A stretch of DNA of 41,929 bases from a virus (taxonomy: Duplodnaviria > Caudoviricetes), in the IMG/VR virus record IMGVR_UViG_3300005326_000077, positions 1 to 41,929 of that record, one strand, 5' to 3'. The notes beneath the pieces were generated by a model. That model saw only the letters and a program-made list of their open reading frames with translations, had not been told where the DNA came from and made no database searches. Within the stretch, counting starts at the first letter, position 1. Each line of letters starts with the position of its first letter. The position numbers and the translations under genes were made by a program. Of the stretch, positions 7,677 to 15,474 are shown one piece after another.

Positions 7677-8691
7677 GTATAAAGAAAACAAAGCATGTCT
7701 TGGTGGTTCAAGAAGTTTGATGTTGAGAGATATTAATCTTGGAAGAACACCAGTTGATATTGATATAATAGTAAATAAACAAGTTGATTTAAATACTATT
7801 GAAGAAGAAATTAATTCTTACAATGATAAAGTTATTTCTACAAGAATTAATGGCATAAAAGTTGACTTTCTTCTTGAAGAAGAAGATTATTCAATTGAGA
7901 CAATATGTGGTATACCATGTATAAATATTGAATCACTGCTTGCAGCTAAAAAAAGATATAATAGTGGTAAACACATTGAAGATATTAGAATTATTGAAAA
8001 TAACTTATTTAAAAATCAAAAAATGAAAGAATTAGAAGATTACACTGAAAAAGAGTGGTTAGAAATGTCACAATGTGATGTTGAAAACTTAATTAAGTTT
8101 ACGGCAATTAATAGGTGCATACCTATACCAGAAAAACCAGAGTTTATTCAAGAAGAGTATAATGTAGAAGTTAACAGATTTTTTAGATCTGATTTATTTC
8201 CAAATATGTACTTTAATAATGCAGAAACACTTGATTCAATTATTAACATTGTAAAAGATAATGACAATGTTAAGTTTGGCGAACAATACAGGTATTTCTA
8301 TCATAATGGAGTACAAGTAAATAAAATTTTAAACAAACCAAAAGAAGGTTTATTTAAAGTTGATTTTGTACATGGTGTTGATGAGAATGTATACGAGAAA
8401 ATTGAGGTTAGTCTCAAAGAAAAGAACAAAAGAGAAGAGTTGTACAAAACACAATTGGGAGAGTATAAACAAGCTTGTACAGAAATCAATGAAATTCGCG
8501 ATTTCATTAGTACACAAATTGAAAAAGCTCATTACAACGAATCACTTCGTATTAATTTCTCTTCAAAATTTGAGAAAGATTATATGCCATTAATAAGTGA
8601 CACTAAAAAAGCGTTAGAGTTATTTACAAAAACATATAAACTTGATCAGTTTGTAGTTGACTATATTGTTGAAAAATACAATATTCAATAA
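7639..8691 (+). CDS. Pol-beta-superfamily nucleotidyltransferase domain (aa 1-128) in frame with a second uncharacterised domain or gene starting at 8023
   Basis: CLGGSRSL...RTPVDIDIIV (GGS plus DxD), KVDFL, LLAAKKRY...KHIEDI; internal start context ttaaaaatcaaaaaATG at 8023. Confidence 0.65.
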   Translation: MQTRELILSLIDKYKENKACLGGSRSLMLRDINLGRTPVDIDIIVNKQVDLNTIEEEINSYNDKVISTRINGIKVDFLLEEEDYSIETICGIPCINIESLLAAKKRYNSGKHIEDIRIIENNLFKNQKMKELEDYTEKEWLEMSQCDVENLIKFTAINRCIPIPEKPEFIQEEYNVEVNRFFRSDLFPNMYFNNAETLDSIINIVKDNDNVKFGEQYRYFYHNGVQVNKILNKPKEGLFKVDFVHGVDENVYEKIEVSLKEKNKREELYKTQLGEYKQACTEINEIRDFISTQIEKAHYNESLRINFSSKFEKDYMPLISDTKKALELFTKTYKLDQFVVDYIVEKYNIQ

Positions 8692-8739
8692 ACGTGCTAA
8701 AAAACATACACATTTTATAAATTGTATTGTTTTTTTTAT

Positions 8740-8747
8740 TATATTTG
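8740..8747 (+). promoter_or_regulatory. Bacteroidota-type -7 box (TATATTTG)
   Basis: TAnnTTTG match in the intergenic gap before 8785. Confidence 0.55.
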
Positions 8748-8784
8748 TATATAATTAATTATTCACAATTTAAAAATCACAGTC

Positions 8785-9570
8785 ATGAGTAGCTTAGTAA
8801 AAGAAGACCTTGCAAAACTTAGTGTTAAACAACTTGAAAAGTACAAATCAGGTATGAATCCTGAAACAGATGCTGAAGACATCGCGGTTGTCAATGAAGT
8901 TATTGCTGAAAAGACAAACAGCATTGATAAAGTAAAAAACGACCCGTCAGTTGCCACTGAAATTGAAGGTGCAAAAGACAAGAAGGCTGAAATTGAAAAA
9001 CTTCGTGCAGAACGTGAAGAAGCAAAAGCCAAGGAAAAAGCTGAAAAAGAAGCCGCTGCCTTAAAACGCAAAGAAGAAAAAGAAAAAGAAAAAGCAGTGC
9101 GCGACGAAATTGCAGAACTTAAGGCTAAAGAAAAAGCTGAAAAAGAAGCCTTGAAGGCAGAAAAAGAAAAAGAAAAAGCTGGAAAAACTGCAGCCAGGTT
9201 AGCGAAACAAGAAGAACTCAAGGAAGCACGCAAAAAAGCTGCCGAAGAAATTGAACAACGTCGTATTGAACGCGCTGAAGCAGCTGAAAAACGTGCACAG
9301 GAAAACGCAGAACGTCTTGCGCAACTTGCGGCAAATCCAAAGCCAAACAAAACTCAAACTATCCGCCAATTACTAGCCAAGGGCTTCAGCAACCAACAGA
9401 TTGCAGAAGAGACTGGTTTTGCTCGTAAATTTGTTTGCGATACTGTTTGGAGAATTGAGCAAGAAATTAAAACCCAGGAATACATCCAAAAGAAACGCGA
9501 AGAGCAAGCAGCTTCATTAGCAGGCGATGTTTCTTCGGCAGAAGAAAATACAAACACAGTCGCCGAATAG
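8785..9570 (+). CDS. K/E/A-rich coiled-coil protein with C-terminal HTH-like domain
   Basis: AKEKAEKEA repeats; NKTQTIRQLLAKGFSNQQIAEETGFARKFVCDTVWRIEQ. Confidence 0.8.
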   Translation: MSSLVKEDLAKLSVKQLEKYKSGMNPETDAEDIAVVNEVIAEKTNSIDKVKNDPSVATEIEGAKDKKAEIEKLRAEREEAKAKEKAEKEAAALKRKEEKEKEKAVRDEIAELKAKEKAEKEALKAEKEKEKAGKTAARLAKQEELKEARKKAAEEIEQRRIERAEAAEKRAQENAERLAQLAANPKPNKTQTIRQLLAKGFSNQQIAEETGFARKFVCDTVWRIEQEIKTQEYIQKKREEQAASLAGDVSSAEENTNTVAE

Positions 9571-9605
9571 TGTTTGTGGTTAATAGTTTGATTTGATTTG
9601 AATTT

Positions 9606-9640
9606 AAGAGCAACCGTTTAAAATGGTTGCTCTTTTTTTT
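9606..9640 (+). terminator. Intrinsic terminator
   Basis: Stem aagagcaaccgttt/aaatggttgctctt followed by a T-run. Confidence 0.8.
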
Positions 9641-9719
9641 ACAATTGTGTTTTAAAACATTCAAATAAATTTTAATATTAAATAATTAATGGCTATCTTT
9701 ATGAAATAATAATAAGGAA

Positions 9720-10310
9720 ATGGAAGCAAGTAAATTGAAGTTATTACAGGATGGAAACAAATTAAGAAAAGAACTTAATTTAGTTGTAAGGTGGAGGGTG
9801 TTAACAAGCAATGGTGGAAAAGCTAGAATTGTTGCATACCAAGACGCAAGAGACTATCAGAAAGCTCTTGATTATGTTTGTGGACCTGACCATTGGGAAA
9901 ATGAACCAATGAATCTCAATGGAAAGATGTATATGCAGGTAAGAATTAAAATTGATGATAACTGGATTTCAAAAAGTGATGTTGGAACAGAAACATCAAT
10001 AGAGTCAGTAAAAGGTGAAGCATCTGATGCGTTTAAAAGAGCGTGTGTGGTATGGGGCTTGTTTAGAGATCTATATGACTATGATTATATAGTGTTAGAC
10101 TTCGACACAAGAGATAAGTGTCCGGTAACACCAGATGGAATAAAATTAAAAACACCAGATGCAATATCTACTTATTGTAATGGAATAAGTAAACCAATGG
10201 GTAGTTTAATAAATTTATACAAAACAATTGGTACTAACGTTGTTAATGAAAATGAGCAACTACTTAATGCTTTTGGTGTTATTAAGGAATACATTAAACA
10301 AAATCTATAG
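9720..10310 (+). CDS. Sak/Rad52-like single-strand annealing protein
   Basis: AYQDARD...LDYVCGPDHW, WISKSDVGTE...KGEASDAFKRACVVWG.FRDLY; adjacent to an exonuclease. Confidence 0.85.
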   Translation: MEASKLKLLQDGNKLRKELNLVVRWRVLTSNGGKARIVAYQDARDYQKALDYVCGPDHWENEPMNLNGKMYMQVRIKIDDNWISKSDVGTETSIESVKGEASDAFKRACVVWGLFRDLYDYDYIVLDFDTRDKCPVTPDGIKLKTPDAISTYCNGISKPMGSLINLYKTIGTNVVNENEQLLNAFGVIKEYIKQNL

Positions 10311-10312
10311 TT

Positions 10313-11095
10313 ATGTTTGAACAAGAAGAGGAAGACCTAAAAAAACAAATTGAATCATCAAATAAAAATGAAGAAATTATTGATGAATCAAAAGAAGTAA
10401 TCTTACAAGGTTCAAAGAACTGGTTTAAAATGCGACTTGGTTTATTAACTGGTTCAAAATGGCCAAGTATAATGACAAAAGGAAGAGGTTCTAAATATGG
10501 TGATACATTTTATAAAATGTTATACACGATATTTGTAGAGCGCGATTTGTCTGATGATGGTATTGATCTTTATGTTGAAGAAGAATATAACAAAGAGTTC
10601 AGACAAACAAGATGGGGAAACAAGTATGAACAATTTGCTCGTGAAGAGTATGAAAGAATAACTGGTGATATTGTTGATCTAACAACATTCAAAGTATCTA
10701 AAATACTCCCATGGATTGCAGGTTCATTTGATGGTGAGATTCCTTCAAAAAATAAAATAATTGAAATAAAGTGTCCATATGACCCAGTTGTTCACATTAA
10801 AAATTGCGAACTTGCTGAAAGTGGAATAACAGATAAGCATACATACTATCCACAGATTCAATGTAATATATTTGTATCTGGTGCTGATTCATGTGACTTT
10901 ATTTCATACGACCCACGTCGCAAGACAAATAAAATTGTAGTAATAAATGTACCAAAGGATGATGCATTTATAGAAAAAATGATCACCAGAGGCACTATTC
11001 TTGATTCAGCATGTGATTTGATGTTTAGTGACAATTTGACGGCTGAAGATGCGGTTATTCTAGCAGAAAAATATTACAAAGATGGAAAAATCTGA
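10313..11095 (+). CDS. YqaJ / lambda-exonuclease-like recombination nuclease
   Basis: QGSKNWFKMRLG.LTGS, WGNKYE, GSFDG, IIEIKCP, YYPQIQ, CDFISYDPR. Confidence 0.9.
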   Translation: MFEQEEEDLKKQIESSNKNEEIIDESKEVILQGSKNWFKMRLGLLTGSKWPSIMTKGRGSKYGDTFYKMLYTIFVERDLSDDGIDLYVEEEYNKEFRQTRWGNKYEQFAREEYERITGDIVDLTTFKVSKILPWIAGSFDGEIPSKNKIIEIKCPYDPVVHIKNCELAESGITDKHTYYPQIQCNIFVSGADSCDFISYDPRRKTNKIVVINVPKDDAFIEKMITRGTILDSACDLMFSDNLTAEDAVILAEKYYKDGKI

Positions 11096-11360
11096 TTACA
11101 TAGAATCAGCTGAACTATTTGGTCTAAAAACTAAAATACAAAGAGATGTGTTTGCATGTTTTTTAGAATTTCAAGTAGAGGTTGTTGGTAGTGACTTTAG
11201 TTTAGTGCATGAATTTCTATTACTTTTAAGTAACTCAAGAGAAATTCCAGATGACCCGCTTGATATATTTTATGGAATATGCTTAGTATTTCCAATGACA
11301 AAAATAAATATATTTAAACTAATAAGGCTATATTTAGACGAGTATGGTCAACTTGAATAA
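11082..11360 (+). CDS. Hypothetical protein
   Basis: 92-aa ORF in operon context. Confidence 0.55.
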   Translation: MEKSDYIESAELFGLKTKIQRDVFACFLEFQVEVVGSDFSLVHEFLLLLSNSREIPDDPLDIFYGICLVFPMTKINIFKLIRLYLDEYGQLE

Positions 11361-11385
11361 TAATTAATAATTAAAAATCATTAAA

Positions 11386-11769
11386 ATGGAACGTGCAAAG
11401 ATCAATTTGGCAGCATTGCCATCACACAAAATCGTAAAAGTAAAAGTAGGCGGAGAAGAAGTTGAAGCAATTCTTATCCCAATCGCAAAAAACAATTTAT
11501 TCCTTAGTGATAAGGGAAACGTATTCATGGACCTTGTTTTGTTCGAAAATAAAGAGCCATTAAAAGATAAGGATGGTTTGATCATTCAAACACACATGAT
11601 TAAACAGTCTTTACCAAAAGACATGCGCGAAAAACAAACAAAAGAAGAAAAGATGAATCAACCAATTATTGGTTCAGCTTGCATTATTGGTAGTTTTGTT
11701 CGTGACGAAAAACCAGCAGTACAAGACGACGACGTCTCAACACCGGAAGAGGATGATCTTCCATTCTAA
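11386..11769 (+). CDS. Putative single-stranded DNA-binding protein
   Basis: Acidic C-terminal tail ending EEDDLPF; located in the recombination module. Confidence 0.65.
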   Translation: MERAKINLAALPSHKIVKVKVGGEEVEAILIPIAKNNLFLSDKGNVFMDLVLFENKEPLKDKDGLIIQTHMIKQSLPKDMREKQTKEEKMNQPIIGSACIIGSFVRDEKPAVQDDDVSTPEEDDLPF

Positions 11770-11846
11770 AATACTTGCACTAGTTGCATTGCGTTCAGGT
11801 TATTTTAATTAGATTCGTTTTGCCGCATAGATGAGCAGTCTATGCA

Positions 11847-11908
11847 GGGGGATTGCAAATGTTGATATATGGTGCAGTACCGTAGGTTCGAATCCTACTC
11901 CCCCACTA
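11847..11908 (+). ncRNA. tRNA-like element (acceptor stem plus canonical T-arm, no recognisable D arm)
   Basis: GGGGGA (11847-52) pairs with TCCCCC (11899-904), followed by A-CTA; T-arm GTAGG-TTCGAAT-CCTAC (11882-98); only 29 nt between acceptor 5' strand and T-arm. Confidence 0.55.
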
Positions 11909-11921
11909 AATCAAGTCAAAT

Positions 11922-13595
11922 ATGTTGAAGTTATATGATTATCAAAATCAACTTAGATATAAGACTAAGTTGGCAATGATAAATGGTAATAAAAGAATAT
12001 TAATACAGTCACCAACAGGAAGTGGTAAAACTGTTACATTTTCAATGGACGTTTTTGAATCTGGCTCTAAAGGTTACAAATGCCTAATATTAACAGACAG
12101 AATAGAATTATTAAATGGAACAGATGGAACACTTGGAAAATTTAACATTGAGGCAACCACAATAACAAGCGGCGCAAAATACCCACCAAATAGTTACCAT
12201 CATTGCATAGCAATGTCACAGACTTTACGTAGAAGACTAAATTCTGATATATGGTTGAAATTTATTAGATCATTTAAATTAGTAATAATAGATGAAGCAC
12301 ATATACAAGAATTTAATATATACTTTGAGAAAGAAGTATTTACGAAAGATCAATATATATTCGGATATACAGCTACACCGATTAGATCAAAAAAGCAAAG
12401 ACAATTATCAGAGGACTATTCTGTATTAATAGAAGGTCCGCAAGTTCAAGAACTTATAAATTCAGGTCATCTTGTTAAAGACATGTATTATGCTCCAAAA
12501 CACTTTGACCCAACTGGTATATCATTAAATACATTTGGTGAGTATAATGAATATGAAATGTTTAAAAAGTTTGAAGAAGTAATATCATATGATAGTATAA
12601 TTAATAATTGGAAAACAATATGTAATGATACAATATCTATAGTATTCTGTTCAAACACAGAACATGTTTTAAATACATGTAAGGCATTTAATGATAATGG
12701 AATAAAAGCAAAATTTATAGTATCACCACTTAGTAAGCCAAAGTATGATGATGAAATGACAGATGAGCAATTTGTTTCTTATAAAGAAAAATTAATACTA
12801 TATGAGAAATATATTGATTATATGTCTAAGTATTCTGGAAATAGAGATGATGTAATTGAAGATTGGAAATCTGAAAAATTTAAAGTACTTGTAAACACAA
12901 ATATATACACTAAAGGTTTTGATCATAAACCAATAGAAACTGTTATTGTACTTAGAGCAACAACATCAGAGGCACTATGGTTGCAAATGCTTGGAAGAGG
13001 TAGTAGAACGTTTGAAAATAAAACACACTTTAATGTTCTTGATTTTGGTAGTAATGGCGAACGTCTTGGTATGTATGCTCAAGAACGTAAGTTTTATCTT
13101 AATCATGATCAAAGAGATTCAAATGGCGTAACACCAGTTAAAGAGTGTGGACTAATAAAAGGAATTAAAAAAGTAGACAAGAATAATAATGCAGGATGTG
13201 GATGTCTAATACTTTCATCACGCAAGATCTGTAACTACTGTGGTTATATATTTGAGCAAGAAAAAGTTGAAATTGATATAGATTTAGTGCATATAAACTA
13301 TAATTTTGATGATACTAAGTCTGATTTAAAATACAACGACTACGAATTTGGTAAATTAGAAAGAAAAGCAGAAGAACGTGGGTATAAGTTTAGTTGGGTA
13401 ATAAACCAGGTTATAGCACTTGGTGGCATTGATGCTTTGACAGCATTCAGAGATTATAAAAATTATAAGACAAGTTGGATATTCTCAATAGAAAAATCAT
13501 ATGCTGAATCAATAAAGAGGTATAATGAAAAAAACAAAGAAAAAGTGCTTGAGTTGCCAGAGGAAATTGAAATCCAAGGGAAACTATTGTTCTAA
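11922..13595 (+). CDS. Superfamily 2 DEAH helicase with C-terminal Zn finger
   Basis: SPTGSGKT, IIDEAH, YTATP, TKGFD, QMLGRGSR, KEC...GCG...CNYCG. Confidence 0.92.
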   Translation: MLKLYDYQNQLRYKTKLAMINGNKRILIQSPTGSGKTVTFSMDVFESGSKGYKCLILTDRIELLNGTDGTLGKFNIEATTITSGAKYPPNSYHHCIAMSQTLRRRLNSDIWLKFIRSFKLVIIDEAHIQEFNIYFEKEVFTKDQYIFGYTATPIRSKKQRQLSEDYSVLIEGPQVQELINSGHLVKDMYYAPKHFDPTGISLNTFGEYNEYEMFKKFEEVISYDSIINNWKTICNDTISIVFCSNTEHVLNTCKAFNDNGIKAKFIVSPLSKPKYDDEMTDEQFVSYKEKLILYEKYIDYMSKYSGNRDDVIEDWKSEKFKVLVNTNIYTKGFDHKPIETVIVLRATTSEALWLQMLGRGSRTFENKTHFNVLDFGSNGERLGMYAQERKFYLNHDQRDSNGVTPVKECGLIKGIKKVDKNNNAGCGCLILSSRKICNYCGYIFEQEKVEIDIDLVHINYNFDDTKSDLKYNDYEFGKLERKAEERGYKFSWVINQVIALGGIDALTAFRDYKNYKTSWIFSIEKSYAESIKRYNEKNKEKVLELPEEIEIQGKLLF

Positions 13596-13959
13596 ATGTC
13601 AAAGATTAAAAAACCCATATAAATATGCATACCAAACACTTAAAGATAATGCAAAAAGAAGAGGTAAAGAATTTTCACTTACGTTTGAACAATTCTGTGA
13701 ATTTGCTATACAAACAGATTACATTGCTCGCAAAGGAATCAGAAAAAACAGCATTCATATTGACAGAAAAAATGAGAAACTTGGTTATACAATAGATAAT
13801 ATTCAACCACTTACAAATTCAGAAAATGTAAGAAAGTATCTTAAGTATTACTGGGATGAATATAATAAGAAAATGAACTTTGAATTTAAAACTTATAAAG
13901 ATGGAGAAAAAAAAGAATGTTCTGGAGAAAGTGACGGATATAATGATTCACCGTTCTGA
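13525..13959 (+). CDS. HNH-type endonuclease with N-terminal Zn knuckle
   Basis: CLSC...CSKC; NAKRRGKEFSLT; HIDRKNEKLGYTIDNIQPLTNSENVRK. Confidence 0.8.
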   Translation: MKKTKKKCLSCQRKLKSKGNYCSKCQRLKNPYKYAYQTLKDNAKRRGKEFSLTFEQFCEFAIQTDYIARKGIRKNSIHIDRKNEKLGYTIDNIQPLTNSENVRKYLKYYWDEYNKKMNFEFKTYKDGEKKECSGESDGYNDSPF

Positions 13960-14221
13960 GGAAAAAGATAGGGAGTATGGTCCATTTGATGAATCACTTG
14001 AAAGAGCAGCTATAATTGCTACTCAATTAACTGGTATTGAAATAACAACAGAAGTATTCATGAAATGTATGATTGCTTTGAAACTTAGCAGAATGCGTTA
14101 CAACATGAAGGAAGATACCATAATGGACGGTATTGCATACATATATGGTGCATATGAATACTCTGTTAAATTAAAAGAAGAAGTTGAAAACTTACCATTC
14201 CTATCTAAAGACAATGAATAA
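13901..14221 (+). CDS. DUF6378-like small alpha-helical protein (nucleotide-metabolism associated)
   Basis: RSEEKDREYGPF...MIALKLSR...KEDTIMDGIAY pattern; start adjusted to MEKKKNVLE. Confidence 0.65.
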   Translation: MEKKKNVLEKVTDIMIHRSEEKDREYGPFDESLERAAIIATQLTGIEITTEVFMKCMIALKLSRMRYNMKEDTIMDGIAYIYGAYEYSVKLKEEVENLPFLSKDNE

Positions 14222-15005
14222 CTTATTTGAAAGAAGATACAAAGAGTTGATATTTGATATATTAACCAATGGAACTGAAGAAGAAGTTCGTGATGGAAAT
14301 AAGGCTATAACAATGTTTGGCAAGAGTCTTGAGTTTCAGTGTGTATTGAATGTTTTTCCTCTATTAACATCAAAGGAAATGTTCTTTAAGAATGTTAAAT
14401 TTGAATTAAAATGGTTATTAGATGGTCTTACAAATGTACACTATTTGAAATCAAATGGTGTATCAATATGGGATAAGTGGGCTGATGAATCCGGAGATAT
14501 TGGTGATACATATGGAAGACAACTACGTAGTTTCAATGGAATTGATCAACTAAAAACTATAATAAAAGAATTAGTTGAATTTAAAAGAAGTAGACAATTA
14601 GTTATTTCATTATGGAATCCAGTTGCAATATCTCAAGGTAATAGAAGACCATGTTATCCGATGTTTCAATTTCAATATTCTGGTGGAAGATTAAATATAG
14701 CAATAACACAAAGAAGTGCAGATGTTTTTGTTGGTCTTCCATATGATATTGCATTTTTTACATTAATGTTAAGATTAGTATGTGCATATATTGACGAAGC
14801 ACCTGGAAAGGTATTAATAAACATAGCTGATGCGCATATTTACGTAGAACACATTGAAGCATGTAAAAGATACTTAACCAATGAAACGTTTGATTTACCA
14901 AATTTAAGGTTAAATGGACAAGATATATTTAACTTTGAACCAAAGAATGTTTGGTTAACGGACTATCAACACTGTGAGTTTATTAAGGCAAAAATAATCA
15001 TTTAA
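14214..15005 (+). CDS. Thymidylate synthase-family enzyme with dCMP-type active site (candidate dCMP methylase or hydroxymethylase)
   Basis: ThyA motifs FELKWLL, IWDKWAD, YGRQLR, DQL, WNP, PC, QRSAD, DAHIY are present; PCY replaces PCH and GLPYDIA replaces GLPFNIA. Confidence 0.88.
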   Translation: MNNLFERRYKELIFDILTNGTEEEVRDGNKAITMFGKSLEFQCVLNVFPLLTSKEMFFKNVKFELKWLLDGLTNVHYLKSNGVSIWDKWADESGDIGDTYGRQLRSFNGIDQLKTIIKELVEFKRSRQLVISLWNPVAISQGNRRPCYPMFQFQYSGGRLNIAITQRSADVFVGLPYDIAFFTLMLRLVCAYIDEAPGKVLINIADAHIYVEHIEACKRYLTNETFDLPNLRLNGQDIFNFEPKNVWLTDYQHCEFIKAKIII

Positions 15006-15016
15006 ACTAAACAACT

Positions 15017-15472
15017 ATGAAAATTACAAAAGTTAGAGATGTAAAAACACCATCAAGAGGTACATCTGGTTCTGCTGGAATTGATTTCTTTATTCCAAAT
15101 GATATAATAACAAGTAATACAAACAACAAAATTTTTATTGCTCCAGGTGAAAGTATTTTGATTCCATCTGGAATTATAGCAAATATACCACATGGTTATA
15201 TGCTAACAGCTTTTAATAAAAGTGGTATTGCTTCAAAGAAAAAATTACTAGTAGGTGCTCAAGTTTGTGATGAAGATTATCAAGGTGAAATACACATAAA
15301 TCTTCACAATGTTGGTAGTAGTTATGTTACAGTTGAACCTGGTGAAAAAATAGTTCAATTTATACTTGTACCAGTTTTATATGAAGATATTGTTGAAGTT
15401 GCTGTTAATGAACTTTTTGATTCAACAACAGAAAGAGGTGCTGGTGGGTTTGGACATACTGGAAATAAATAA
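15017..15472 (+). CDS. dut: Trimeric dUTPase-family pyrophosphatase (divergent motifs)
   Basis: SAGIDF, NKSGIA, VCDEDYQGEI, GEKIVQ, RGAGGFGHTG. Confidence 0.85.
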   Translation: MKITKVRDVKTPSRGTSGSAGIDFFIPNDIITSNTNNKIFIAPGESILIPSGIIANIPHGYMLTAFNKSGIASKKKLLVGAQVCDEDYQGEIHINLHNVGSSYVTVEPGEKIVQFILVPVLYEDIVEVAVNELFDSTTERGAGGFGHTGNK

Positions 15473-15474
15473 AC

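Noticed and set aside
8763-9350. 195-aa minus-strand ORF, and similar antisense ORFs (763..990, 6511..7020, 32931..33725, 35447..35902, 39081..39491)
   Set aside because: They are shadows of well-supported genes on the opposite strand; the F/S/L/A-rich composition follows from antisense K/E/A codons.
11882-11908. tRNA 3' end as an attP core
   Set aside because: No integrase was recognised in this complete genome, and the matching 5' acceptor strand is also present. It is kept as a tRNA-like element and not called as a functional tRNA.
13525-13959. HNH gene as an intron- or intein-associated mobile element
   Set aside because: The flanking helicase and DUF6378-like genes look complete and no splicing motifs were evident; it is treated as a free-standing HNH gene.
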